A DNA stretch of 60,547 nucleotides, from NCBI RefSeq assembly GCF_006345805.1, contig NW_021832546.1, positions 1 to 60,547 of the forward strand, in the 5' to 3' direction. The notes under the pieces were generated by a model, which was not told the origin of the DNA, did no database searches, and worked only from the letters and a program-made list of their open reading frames with translations. The translations under genes were made by a program, and so were the position numbers. The stretch comes from Octopus sinensis. Taxonomy: Eukaryota. This document shows, piece after piece, positions 1 through 12,954 of the stretch (positions are counted from its first letter, which is position 1; every line of letters begins with the position of its first letter).

Positions 1-39
1 TTTTTTCTCTCCTTGTTTTTTTCTCTTCTTTTTTCTCTC

Positions 40-190
40 CTTGTTTTTTCTGTGTCCCTTTCTGTAGAAGAGCGTAGGCTCGAAACGTAAAAGACTTATT
101 CTATTCCTGAGCGTTATACTAATACATCTGTTTGTTTTCTACACCACCTGTCTTCGTCTTTTGTTTTTCTTTTTCGTAAACTCTCCCTAC
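40..190 (+). mobile_element. Short Penelope/retrozyme-like repeat with atypical minimal hammerhead motif (58-93)
   Basis: cttt-CTGTAGAa-gagc gtag gctc-GAAA-CG-TA-aaag; a related copy lies at 19584-19710 (ctttctgtcgaagagagtaagctcgaaacatcaaag). Confidence 0.55.
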
Positions 191-1324
191 ATATAGACCC
201 TGCTTGATTCACAGTTGCATTTTAGACGTACAACTAGGCTTGGATTATTTAATGTCTTGCGTCTTTTTATCTTAGACATCAGGCTGTATAATTTGAATAA
301 GATTTGGTTGCTATTTGTAGTAAATCAAGAAGACCATGCAGATGCTACGTTGTTGGCTCGTTGTTGGTTAAAGATCAATTGAGAGGTGTTTTTAAATGTG
401 ACATAATATTATCTATCTCATCATTATAACAAAATGTTGAGCAGAATCGTCACAAGGTTCCCAGATTTTCTAGAGTATGTATCTCATATCATCATGAAAT
501 TGTAATCCTTGTTTATGACATCCTGGGCGGTGCTGCACACTGGAAACCGAATTTCGTGTTAACGAAAGGTCAAACTGACAATGTTAATAATGGAGAGAGG
601 ATACAAACTCTCGCATGCTAAAACACAACGCACATCAAAATGCAGCGCAAACGCACACACCATGCATACGCACAAATACATACATAGATATAGGTATGAA
701 CATACATACATATATATATATATATACACATATATTCATACATACATCTATACTAACAAATACATACACATGTACTGTATGTAAAAAGATATAAATACAC
801 AATGTTGTCTGTTCAATTTGCTCTCTAATTTCCGGAAATCGCTATTTTAGCAGTATGTCATGAAGTTGTGTTTCATTGGAAATTTCAATTGGGTGTCAAA
901 GCCAGAGTGTCGGCTCTGAACAGCAGTCATAAATCTAAATGTTACCCACCGATTTTTTTTGTATCATCGCTTCATTCGGGGTCATTTATGATTGCTTCTT
1001 GAAAATTTGTTCTTGCTCCGTGTTTGCTGAGTATTTTAAGGCGTTGAAAATGAAGATGGTACGTAAACATTTGTAACATATAATTAAAAATGTGTTAAAG
1101 AAATTTTTGTCTTCATTTCATTGGTCTGTATATTGGCCAGATTGGAGCAATCGCAAGTATAATCACCCGAAATTGCGAAGATAATCTGGTACTTGACTGA
1201 GAAAAGAAAAGTTCGAATGACCCGTCCTTTTGTTTTCTTTGTATCGTCTATCTGGATATTTTGTTGTCCCATTATTGTATCACCTAACTCCGGATGTTTT
1301 GTGTTCTTGCCCCATTTTGTATTT

Positions 1325-1329
1325 TGTGT

Positions 1330-1385
<56 letters not shown>

Positions 1386-1405
1386 GTGTGTGCGTGTGTG
1401 TGTGT
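1325..1405. repeat. (GT)n microsatellite
   Basis: Direct inspection. Confidence 0.95.
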
Positions 1406-1406
1406 A

Positions 1407-1700
1407 GGCGCAGGGGTGGCTCTGTGGTAAGTAGCTTGCTTACCAACCACATGGTTCTGGGTTCAGTCCCACTGCGTGACACCTTGGACAAGTGTCTTCT
1501 ACTATAGCCTCTGGCCGACCGAACCCTTGTGGGTGAATTTGGTAAACGGAGACTAAAAGAAGCCCGTCGTATATATATGCGTGTATGTGTCTGTGTCTGT
1601 GTGATTGTTTCTTTCTGTGTTTGTTCCCCCAACATCGCTTGACAACCGATGCTTGTGTGTTTACGTCCCTGTAACGTAGCGGTTCGGCAAAAGAAACTAA
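1407..1700 (+). mobile_element. tRNA-derived SINE, family A (3' truncated)
   Basis: A-box-like tggctctgtggtaag, B-box-like gggttcagtccc, CORE-like caccttggacaagtgtctt; more than 10 copies in the window. Confidence 0.9.
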
Positions 1701-1884
1701 CATTCCCTTTAATTCTCTATATCATTTCTACTCTGTGTAAGTTGGCCCTTTTGATATGTATACAGTTATAACATTTTGGGAGTTTTTTTTTTTGTATTTT
1801 CTGTATTTAATATACGTTATATATTTATCTGTCTAACTTGTGAGTACGCATGGGTTTGGTGATAAAAACAAGAATATAGAACGC

Positions 1885-1887
<3 letters not shown>

Positions 1888-1980
<93 letters not shown>

Positions 1981-1984
1981 ATAT

Positions 1985-2083
<99 letters not shown>

Positions 2084-2087
2084 TATA

Positions 2088-2122
<35 letters not shown>
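1888..2122. repeat. (TA)n microsatellite
   Basis: Direct inspection. Confidence 0.95.
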
Positions 2123-2127
<5 letters not shown>

Positions 2128-2143
2128 TGATGATGTATGTATG

Positions 2144-2482
2144 AGGCGCATGGCTCAGTGGTTAGAGCGTCGAGCTTACGATCGTGAGGTTGTGAGCTCG
2201 AATCCCGGACCGGGCTGCGTGTTGTGTTTTTGAGCAAGGCACTTTATTTCACGTTGCTCCAGTTCACTCAGCTGTAGAAATGAGTTGCGACCGTCGCTGG
2301 TGCCAAGCTGTATCGACCTTTGTCTTTCCCTTGGATAACACTGGTGATGTGGAGAGGGGAGGCTGGTATGCATGGGCGACTGCTGGTCTTCCATAAACAA
2401 CCTTGCCCAGACTTGTGTCTAGGAGGGTAACTTTCTCGGTGCAATCCCATGGTCATTCATAACCGAAGGGGGTCTTTACCCC
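2144..2482 (+). mobile_element. tRNA-derived SINE, head C + tail X
   Basis: ggcgcatggctcagtggttagagcg...ctcgaatccc tRNA-like head; CORE-like ttgagcaaggcacttt; tail shared with 53085-53282. Confidence 0.88.
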
Positions 2483-2619
2483 TATATATATATATATATT
2501 ATTATTATTATTATCATCATTATTATTATAAATCGGTAGAACTTACGGACGACTGAAGGGCCGAGAGTTTCGTGCACTGGCACTTATCAAACTGCCAATG
2601 AAGATTAAATATATTACGG

Positions 2620-2951
2620 TTTTGAACTTGCATAGCAAGTGACTTGATGTGAGATCATGTGCTGAAACAAACACAGTTGTAGCGTGGAAGGTGTTTATAA
2701 ACCATTTAAAAACACAAAAAAAAACCGTTAGATTCACTTCAACATTTAAATTTAATTTGTCAAAACATTTTCGTTGGTTTGAAACCGCGACCTGTTCACT
2801 GACAAAATTCCACGCAGCTCGGAATTTTGTCAGTGAACAGATCGCGGTTTCAAAACGACGAATATGTTTTGACAAATTAAATTTAAATGTTGAAGTGAAT
2901 CTAACGGTTTTTGTGTGTGTTTTTAAATGGCTTATAAACACCTTCCACGCT
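2620..2951. mobile_element. Fold-back element (~130-bp inverted arms) with a G3-C8 hammerhead motif in each arm
   Basis: 2681-2811 is the reverse complement of 2821-2951; a second family member lies at 48560-48850. Confidence 0.8.
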
Positions 2952-3237
2952 GGAATTATACGTATATATACATTTATGAAGAGAGACAAAGTGAAGGAGA
3001 GAAAATTATAACAGACAGTATTTTCGTCATTGTATGCTACAATTACAAACAGCTGCTTTGTTTTGTTTTTGGGTTTTTTTGTCAACACTCTCTTTTCATT
3101 GGTCAAAAAATTTTCTTTTATTTTTGTTCTTTTCTTTTGCTTTTTTATTGTTTGTAAAATTTCTTTGACTTTAACGTCTGTTAAACTCTTCCAAACTTAC
3201 TTTGATTCGTATAATGTTGTAAATGAATTTCTTTCCT

Positions 3238-3458
3238 GCCCACAAGGGGTTAAACATAGAGGGGACAAACAAGGACAGACAGACGTATTAAGTTGATTAT
3301 ATCGACCCCAGTGCGGAACTGGTACTTATTTAATCGAACCCGAAAGGATGAAAGGCAAAGTCGACCTCGGCGGAATTTGAACTCAGAACGTAGCGGCAGA
3401 CAAAGTACTGCTAAGTATTTTGCCTGGCGTGCTAACGTTTCTGCCAGCTCGCCGCCTT
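3238..3458 (-). mobile_element. tRNA-derived SINE, family B
   Basis: Head ggcggcgagctggcagaaacgttagc...gagttcaaattcc; central gcctttcatcctttcgggttcgat resembling the Deu/Nin-type SINE domain. Confidence 0.9.
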
Positions 3459-3727
3459 CAAACAATAATAATATTATATATTCACATATTTCATATATTT
3501 CGGCGCAGCGAGCCACCTTTCTTGTGGAACTAAATTTTGTTCAAATTACTGTCTACTGTTTTCAAAAGACGATAATGTAGTTTGTCTTCTATGCACATAG
3601 TCCGATAAAAGAACGGAATAGACATAGATTTGAACACTTGTGATTAGGAGTCGGTTCGCTCAGAGACAATCCGGAGTTACATGCAACAGCAGCAAATAAC
3701 GCATGCGCAAACATATTATAAGATTGC

Positions 3728-4035
3728 AAGGCCCGTGACTTAGTGCTTAGGTTATTGGGCTCACGGTCGTGAGATCGAATCCTGACGACATTTAAGTCTT
3801 TGAGCAGGACACTTTATTTCGCGTTGCTCCAGTCTACTCAGCTGACAAAAATGAATCGCACTTGTAATTCAAGAGAACCAGCCTTACCACATTCTGTGTC
3901 ACGCTCAATCTCACTGAGAACCACGTTAAGGGTTCGCAAATTTGTGGATTGCTCAGTTACTCGCACGTTTATTTCACGAGCAGACTCATCCATTGATCCG
4001 TTCAACTGGAATTCTCATCGTAGTAACTGACACAG
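3728..4035 (+). mobile_element. Diverged SINE, head C + tail Y
   Basis: Similar to the reverse complement of 4993-5318. Confidence 0.75.
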
Positions 4036-4740
4036 TACGAGCTTTAATTATAAAAATGAAACAGTAGAATCAGATTAAACTCCTCTGATTGTTTTCGTTA
4101 GCAAATAGTGAGCAGAAAATTTGCGAAATGCCAAAAACTATTCAACAATGAAGAAGAGAAGCGTAAACTTCAGAGCAGACATTTCGTCGGAAAGAAATGG
4201 ATTCTTCGCGAAACGATAGATTTCTTTTCATTCTCACAGCAAAATAATTTATTCCACTCTAAATTATAGATTTATTCGATATTTCTAAAGAAACCGGTTT
4301 ACGAATGAACATAAAGAAATCAAACGCTTTCAACGAATCGTAATTAAAATTGGAATATAAAAGAAATTATCATAAGTAATCAGATTAATTGCTTCTAAGA
4401 TAGACGGAGAGCTACAAATTAGGGGGAGATGATTCATGATTCTCACCACAGACATGAACATCAAATATACATTTATTTACATATTTATATGCACAGACAC
4501 ACAAACCAAAGAGAAAACGTCTACGTGGACGCTAGACTTGCTTTTTAAAAAAAAGCAGTCAAATTGCCTTCAAGTTACCGTCTTGGGGAAGAAAAGATAC
4601 ACGGGATAATGTAATTCTAAATACATTGTGTAGAAAGCAATTATGGTATCTGCTGAAAACACTTTAGCATGCTTGTGTTCGGTGTGTTTAGAACGATTGA
4701 ACTGGGGTTAACAATAAGAACAATTCATAGACATATAAAT

Positions 4741-4799
<59 letters not shown>

Positions 4800-4867
4800 T
4801 ATATATGTATATATATATAGTATATATATGTATATATATATACGTATATAGATATATATATAATATA

Positions 4868-4934
<67 letters not shown>

Positions 4935-4954
4935 CTAATATATATATATAATAT

Positions 4955-4985
<31 letters not shown>

Positions 4986-4992
4986 ATATATA

Positions 4993-5318
4993 GGAGCACT
5001 CCGTCGGTTACGACGACGAGGGTTCCAGCTGGTTCGATCAACGGAACAGCTTGCTCATGAAATGAACGTGTAAGTGGCTGAGCACTCCACAGTCACACGT
5101 GTACCCTTTACGTAGTTTTCAGGGTGATTCAGCGTGACACAAAGTGTAACAAGACCGGCTCTTTTTGAAATACAGGTACCACTCATTTTTGCCAGCTGAG
5201 TGGACAGGAGCAGCGTGAAATAAAGTGTCTTGCTCAAGGACACAACGCATCGCCGGGAATTGAACACACGACCTTAACGATCGTGAACTGAATGCCCTAA
5301 CTACTGAGCCACGCGCCT
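4993..5318 (-). mobile_element. tRNA-derived SINE, head C + tail Y
   Basis: Head ggcgcgtggctcagtagttagggc; tail ...gtcgtcgtaaccgacggagtgctcc shared with copies at 34770 and 51678. Confidence 0.88.
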
Positions 5319-6357
5319 ATATATGAAAATCCTGGAGAATTCCTTGAAGGAACTGATTCTATATTAAACCAGTGAGTTAATTGGAGTTTCATAGGCAAAC
5401 TCTTTACGTCGAACACAATGGGCGATGTTTTACAATGACCCTTACTATTAATGGGACACATGTAAAGTAGAAAACCTGAACTCAGTGCACAGACAAGAAA
5501 AGGACGCAACAAGGCATGTTGTCTGGCGCTCTAACAATTTAGTTTTCCATTGTCCTCAACTGGTACTTTGTTTATTGACCCTCAAAAGATCAAAGGCAAA
5601 GTTGACGTTGGTAGGTTTTGAACTTAATGTGCACAGAGGAAGAACAGAAACCGCACGGCATTTTAACCTATGCAGTAACGACTCTTCCAATTTGTTTGGT
5701 TTGCCTGTATATATACATCTACAAATGCATACATATATACTAAGCACTAAGGCAAATATATAAAGTCCTACACAAATACATAATTACACAGACAATACAA
5801 GGTCAGATACACGCAGATATTCATTTAAAGGCGCACACACTCTCTCTCTCTTTCTCTCTCACACATACACATATACACACACATGCACACATGCACACAT
5901 ATACACATATTCTATTTCTCTCACATATGCACACACACACATACACGTTTCGTTGCCTACATCCTCTTCCGTTTCCCCTAGGGGATAGTTCACACCGCGA
6001 CAATGCTAGTAGCTTCATTAAATCCAGAATTACTTCCGACAAGATCAGTGTGACTTTTGACTTTGAGAAAAAAAAACGAAAAATACTGAAATATATCTTT
6101 TCCTTAAAGCTCTTCCAACACGTTAAGGCCCTCTCTATAAAGCGTTTAGTAATTCAGAAAAGACGGCAAATGTTAGGTTTGATCTCAAAGTCTGTCCAAC
6201 TAAATTATGGAGGAGGCGGCTAAGGACTCAACTCCCAAGACTATCGCAGCAAAAATCGGTGGCGAAAATGGATGGAAGAGGAAACAGTAAAAGAGAATGA
6301 TAGCTAGCGAGTATTTCTAGTTCTTGACAGTGTTCCTTTTATTATCCATGCTTCAAA

Positions 6358-6585
6358 GTTGGTGAGCTGTAAGAATGGTTAGCACGACGGTCTAAATGCT
6401 TAGAAGCATTTCTTCGAGCTGCTTAGGTGCTCAAATTCCTTCGTGTTTAATTATGCCTTTCATCCTTTCAGGGTCGATAAAATAAGTACAAGTCAAGCAC
6501 TGGGGCCGGTGTAATCGACTAGCCCTCTCCCATATGATTTCAGACCTTGTTCTTAGAGTAGAAAGAATTATAATAATTATTATTA

Positions 6586-6641
<56 letters not shown>

Positions 6642-6770
6642 TACCGAAGTCAGTTTTGCCTTTCATCGTTTCAGAATCAATAAAATAAGTATAGTGGAGC
6701 ACAAGAGTCGATGTAATCAACTACCCGCTACTTAAAAGTTTTAGGCCTTGTGCCAATAGTTGAAGGATTA
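6358..6770 (+). mobile_element. Two diverged family-B SINE pieces separated by an (ATT)n tract
   Basis: gcctttcatcctttcagggtcgataaaataagtac motif twice; (ATT)n at 6568-6640. Confidence 0.7.
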
Positions 6771-6899
6771 TCATTGACTCACTGCTGCACAGCAAAATTT
6801 TTTCAATTGTTTCATTGCAGACTTTGGAAAATAGCGTCTTAATTCTATCACACACACAATTTCAAATTAAGTAAATTTTACGTGCTTCTTTTTATACGT

Positions 6900-6942
6900 T
6901 GTGTGTGTGTGTATGTGTGTGTGTTTGTTTGTGTGTGTGTGT

Positions 6943-7030
<88 letters not shown>
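6900..7030. repeat. (GT)n microsatellite
   Basis: Direct inspection. Confidence 0.95.
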
Positions 7031-7032
<2 letters not shown>

Positions 7033-7199
7033 GTATTTGTTTATATTGTTGTTGGTTAACTACAGGTTGCCCATGATGCAGGAGCCCTGCGATCAAGGCG
7101 CTCCAGTCGTAACCATTCCTTCAAACTAATTAAATTTTTCTGAACACTGTGTATCTGGTTGTCCACTGTGACCTTCCTTTTTAGCTTCAAGGAAGTCCA

Positions 7200-8160
7200 C
7201 ATTTATCTGGAATTTTGTCAAGTACTCACGGTTCTCTATTAGAAGGAGAAGCGAAGAAACTTTTTAAATGTTTGCAGCTCATTACGAGCAAAGTGATGCG
7301 AGTGGCGGTAACCTGCCCATAACTGGGAATGGATAGGATCAGTTTCGACGTCCAAAGCTCTGATGATACCCCTACCTCGCCTCAAAAAGCAAAATACTGA
7401 CTATCCTGGAGTTGAACCTCATTGGGAAACTGGAGAGGAGATAAATCGGACTGATATTTCCCGGCAGAATGCCCTACGGCTATATGTGTGGTAGTAAAGG
7501 CTCCTTGAGTGCCTTCTGCTCTGAAAAAAAAGACAGAAAGAAAGCAGTAATCAGTGGTAGAGGTGACTGCAATACCATCAGAGCCCAAGAGATGAAGACC
7601 ATGTATTTTGCTATCACTGTTGCTGGAAATAGCCAGAGAGGAGAAATGAAATCGCTTCGTCCTATATGCTACTAGTACCAAGAACCGACGACGATCGAGA
7701 ATTCTAAAGGCTTCTTTCTCCAACAGAGGACTATCCAGATGCTGCGAATGGCAGTAATATCCATAGAGTGGATAACGGTGAGGAACTGTCAAAAACAAGA
7801 AGGAAAAGAGTAACCAAAGAAAAATGCAGGTAAGAAGTAAGTTGGGAACCCCAAGAAAAGTTCCAAAACTCATGGAATATCTGAGCCTTACAGTTTTCGG
7901 ATTCAGTTTCCGTGCGGAAATTTCAATTGACAAGCTGAATGTAGTGACAAAAAACCCAAAGTAAATATTATGCTGATTGAAGAGATGGAGAAAGATTATA
8001 TCCAACACAGACGTTACAGACTGTATACAGCTGATGGTCCCTTCTACCCCTATGATGCAGTAAACATCAGGGTCCAACCAAACACGGAAGTGCTCTAGGG
8101 CAAATTTGGGGCAGTTCGTTTGCAGAAGGTTGTCAATGTAGAACACAGTCAGGGTCACCG
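7200..8160 (+). pseudogene. Possible decayed retroelement ORF1/gag-like relic with a degenerate CCHC zinc knuckle
   Basis: Frame 7469-7675 reads GYMCGSKGSLSAFC, matching CX2CX4HX4C spacing with two ligand substitutions; basic tract follows; stops in the flanking frames. Confidence 0.35.
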
Positions 8161-8796
8161 ACGTGCCTTAATCTCACACAGGTAACGGTCTCCTGACCCC
8201 ATGTGTAAAAATTTTTGACCACCCTTAATATATTGTTATAAAGCCTGCCCCATATTCCGTTCAATATGATAAATACACACACACACACACGCACACGCCT
8301 AAACACATATATACATGTATGTGTGTAAAAGTGTGTATGCCTAGGTTCATCCCTATAGATTTTGGAAATCCGTTTGCATGACACGTTTTTGTTGTTCTTA
8401 CAATTTGGCCTTTTGTGGCCAATACAGAAATTGTCAAAATTAGTAGGGGAGCAAACAAAAGTACTTCCGGTATTTTAGTTCAGCTATTTTGTCACATCAG
8501 GGTTCTCAATTGAAATTGCACCCAGCTCTACATTGACTGACAATGATTATGATAACGATGATGACGATGATGACGCTGATGACGTCATGTGTGTCTTTGT
8601 GTGCATGCCTACGTATGAGTATGCGCGTGTGTATGTGTCTGTCTGTCTGTCTGTCTATCTGCGTGCCAGAAAAGATTATTATAAAGCTCATCATCATTAT
8701 TTGGTATAAATTCTAAAGAGGGAAATGTGACATTTGCTCTTGTCAGCCAATACAGAGTGATGTTGAATTATTTACGCATGCACTTTTCAACAATAT

Positions 8797-8829
<33 letters not shown>

Positions 8830-8848
8830 TAATATATATATACATACA

Positions 8849-8879
<31 letters not shown>

Positions 8880-8904
8880 CATACATACAAACATACATAT
8901 ATCT

Positions 8905-9345
8905 TTATCTTTTATATGTTACAATCATTAGAATGCGTCCATGCTGGAGCATCACCTTGAAGAATGACTCGACTCTAGGACTTACTTTTTAAATCTTCGT
9001 ACTTATTCTATCGGTCTTTGGCCGAACCGCTAAGTTGCGGAGACTTAAACAAACCAACATCGGTTATCAAACGGTGGGTTGACAACATACATACATACAT
9101 GCAGGGATGCATACATACATACATACATACATACATACATACATACATACATACATACATACATACATACATACGTACATGTATGCATGCATGTATGGGC
9201 GCAGGTGTAGCTGTGTTGTAAGAAGTTTGCTTCCGAAGCACGTGGTTCCATTCAGTGGCACTTTGGGTGTCTTCACCTCGGGCCGGCCAAAGCCGTGCGA
9301 GTGGATTTGATAGACGGAAACTTAACGAAGCCCGTTGTATATATA
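8905..9345. mobile_element. Family-A SINE fragments (3' part on -, 5' part on +) around a (CATA)n tract
   Basis: Matches to the family-A tail (8905-9085) and head (9197-9345). Confidence 0.75.
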
Positions 9346-9514
9346 TATGATAAAAAATGTGAATTTTTAATTATTTTCTGAGATTTTACAAAAACAACAA
9401 AATTTTATATATATATATAATAACATTTTAACAAATAAAACATATGCATACATACATATATGTACATACCTACATCTATATGTATATATACATGCATATA
9501 TATATATATATATA

Positions 9515-9692
9515 TGAGTACAGAACACCACAAATAAACGTAGAACACAACGAGAAACGAAAACGTAAAAACAAACAAGGAATCGGACTTTTTTTTAACA
9601 ACGAAAAAACAGAGTACAAGACAAACAATACAAGGGACATTCCCCTTCATCAGCTGCCCCTGGTTCGACTCAATGCGTGTTTCGAAGGTAAA
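9515..9692 (-). mobile_element. Short (TA)n-embedded repeat with hammerhead-like half-motifs
   Basis: Reverse complement of 47880-48060; contains cgaaac...gtc followed by ctgatga and a hairpin. Confidence 0.65.
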
Positions 9693-9982
9693 TATATGTA
9701 TGTATGCTTGACCGTCAACCTTATCCTATAAACTAAATTTTGTTAGGCGCGGCAGATTCTTGCTTTACGTTTTTATAGAGATGTTCCAAGATGCCCAAAG
9801 GTTGTGGTTTGAGTCACAGCGGAATAATGTGCTTATTAAACGCATAGCTATGTCTCCATATATGTTTTAAGCTCATACGAGAGTGCGCACACATACACAC
9901 ACACACGCGCGCATACAGAAGTGTGCACACACGCACGCCCACACACATCTATAGACAGACAGAAAAGCACACAGACAGACAA

Positions 9983-10049
<67 letters not shown>

Positions 10050-10329
10050 TGGAGAGATAGATGGATAGAGAGATAGAGAGATAGATAGATAGATATGTTT
10101 CTTTATTAGCCACACAGGGCTGCACACAAACAGAACAAATTACAAGGTAGAGCTTTTCTTTTGGGGGTAAAAAAAAGGGGGTTGGTTTTCGATCAAAAAG
10201 GATCGTAAAAGGAAAGAAAGAGGACAAAAAAAGGGGAGGATTTTTAAAAAAAGGGGGGGAGAGGAAAAAAAAAGAAAAGGGGAGAGGAAAAAAAATTGAT
10301 CAATAGGGATCGTAATCACAGAAATGTCA

Positions 10330-10428
<99 letters not shown>
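9983..10428. repeat. (AGAT)n tracts flanking an A/G-rich segment
   Basis: Direct inspection. Confidence 0.85.
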
Positions 10429-10804
10429 TGGAGTGAGGGAGGGAGGGAGGGAAAGAGAGAGAGAGAGAACGAGGGAGAGAAAGATAGAAAATAAGGGTGA
10501 ATGAACGCCCTAGCTTAACCGAGACGGTCCCGGTTTCAAGGGCTCCATGACCCGGAATGAATTGTTTATAACTCAAAAATTAAACACAGGAGAGAAAAAA
10601 AAGCTAAAAACTTAAAAATGTCAAAATCGACAGCAAGTCCCGACCCGACCGTTCACGGCTGAGATACGAATTACTGAACACGCCTATGTCGTAGCTAAAT
10701 CTAAGCTTAGCGCGGAGTGCCTTACTACTAGTCAATGGGTGTGTCATGTCAAGACGTCCTAATAGTACACTCTAGTGATAGCGGATAGGTATTATAGTCT
10801 AAAG

Positions 10805-11101
10805 TAGCGCTTCTCAACCGGGATCCGTATGACACTTGGGCGTACGAGTGAGATTTTGTTGTTAAAATTTATCTGCAATAAATTGTCTTTACTTCTACAA
10901 TACACAAAATATTTTAATTCCTTTTTTTATAGATTGGCTAAGTGGTAAGAAACTTGCTTCCAAGCCACATGTATTCGGTTTCAGTCCCACCGCGTAGCAC
11001 CTTCGGCATGTGTCTTCTACTACACTCTCGGGCCGACCAAAGCCTTGTGAGTGGATTTGATAGACGGACGGAAACTGAAAGAAGCCCGTCGTATATATGT
11101 G

Positions 11102-11141
<40 letters not shown>

Positions 11142-11524
11142 TGTATGTTTGTGTGTCTGTGTTTGTCCCATCCAACATCGCTTGACAACCGATGCTGGTG
11201 TATATATATATATATACGATGGGCTTCTTTCAGTTTCCGTCTACCAAATACACTCACAAGGTTTTGGTCGGCACGAGGCTATAGTAGAAGACACTTGCTC
11301 AAGGTGCCACACAGTTGGACTGAACCCAGAAGCATGTGGTTCGTAAGCAAACTACTTACCACACAGCCACTCCTACGACTGTATATTTCATTATTAAAAA
11401 AAATATTAAAGGATTTTTTTAAATATTGAATAGTAATGCGGGTCCATTCGAGTTAAACAAGAATTAAAGAGGGGCCATGGCTACAAAAAAAAAGACACTG
11501 GTCTAAAGTCATAGAGAAACGCTG
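10805..11524. mobile_element. hAT-type MITE with 8-bp TSD, interrupted by two convergent family-A SINEs
   Basis: gtctaaag at 10797-10804 and 11525-11532; imperfect TIRs tagcgcttctc / gagaaacgctg; SINEs at ~10937-11200 (+) and 11215-11381 (-). Confidence 0.65.
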
Positions 11525-12954
11525 GTCTAAAGTCATTTTGCTTTCAGTGGATTCCCGGATTAAAAATTACTTACTAACGTGGTCCATAATATGTTGCATG
11601 GTTAATGAAAGTTTATAGTTTTACTACTTTATTTCTTGTTCCGACAGATTTGAAGATCTGAATCTTATTATAAGAGAGAAGAGGATGCACGCTACACGTT
11701 AGGAAAATCAGGTGATAAAAGTTCTTCATAGAACTGCTTATAACAACGGTGCCTTTCATTCAAAGTTCATTTACACCGGTTTGAGTATAAGAAATTATGA
11801 TGTGTGTATGTGTGTGTGTGAGAGAGAGAGAGAGAATGTGTGTGGGTGTGTGTGTGTGGGTGTGTGTGTGTGGGTGTGTGTGTGTGTGTAGATAGACAGA
11901 CAGAGAGTCAGACAAACAGATAGATAGATCGATAGATCGATGGATAGATAGAGAGAGAGAGAGAGAGAATGGTGTGTGTGTGTGTGTGTGTGTGTGTACA
12001 TGTGTGATTGTGTGTATATGTGTATTTGTATTGTGTGTGTGTTTGTGTGTGGATAGACAGGTAGAAAGACAGATAGAAAGATAAAGAGATAGATAGATAG
12101 ATAGGGAGAGAGAGAGATAAATATGTATGTGTGTGTGTATGTGTGCGTGCGTGTGTGTGTGTGTGTGCGTGTGTGTGTGTTTATATTTATGTGTGTGTAG
12201 GGGAGGTATCTGCGTGTGTGAGACTAGTGGTCAGGATGTTGAACTGACGATCGCGAGTGCCTTGCGCTCTTCAGCGAAACACTTTATCTCACATCGCCGT
12301 GCAATCACTTCCACACTTCACGCGTGTCCCACCGCACACCTGTTCAGGCAACGTCGATTCGATGGAGGCAGTGAGCGAATGTTCAACACAAATATTTGAT
12401 CACTATAAACAACTCATTTGAGTAGATTATTCAACCCGAAATTGCAGAACCGTCTTTCTCGGACTACGACTACCGTTATTTAATAAACTGGGGGAGGGTA
12501 TGCATGTGCGCGCGTGTGTATGTGTGTATCTGTGTGCATATATGTGTACATGCGAATATGCATATATATATAGACGGGTACATCTGAATATGGATATATA
12601 TATATATACACATACATACATACATATATATATATAATCGAATTATATATTTATATACATATGTATAAATATACTTATATGTTCGTATATGTGTTTGTGT
12701 GTGAGAGTGTCTATGTATGTATGTATGTATGTATGTATGTGTGTATGCATGTATGTATGTATGTATGTGTATGTATGTGTATGTGATATATGTGCGTGAG
12801 TGTACTTATGTGCACACACGCACATACACATGTATATAAATCTTGCGAGAATATGAGGCGTGTAATCGAAATATTCTGCACTCGCACACATAGTTAAAAT
12901 GTAGCTGACATTGGGCCATTCGATATGTTCGAATTTTGTGTGCGTGTGTGAAAT

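Noticed and set aside
2144-2215. tRNA genes at SINE heads
   Set aside because: A/B boxes are present but they continue into SINE bodies and lack a proper acceptor stem; not called as tRNAs
2543-3106. ORFs on both strands with similar peptides
   Set aside because: A consequence of the fold-back inverted repeat
7382-8158. 258-aa minus-strand ORF as a membrane protein
   Set aside because: Non-ATG start, no domain; better explained as the antisense of a purine-rich TE relic
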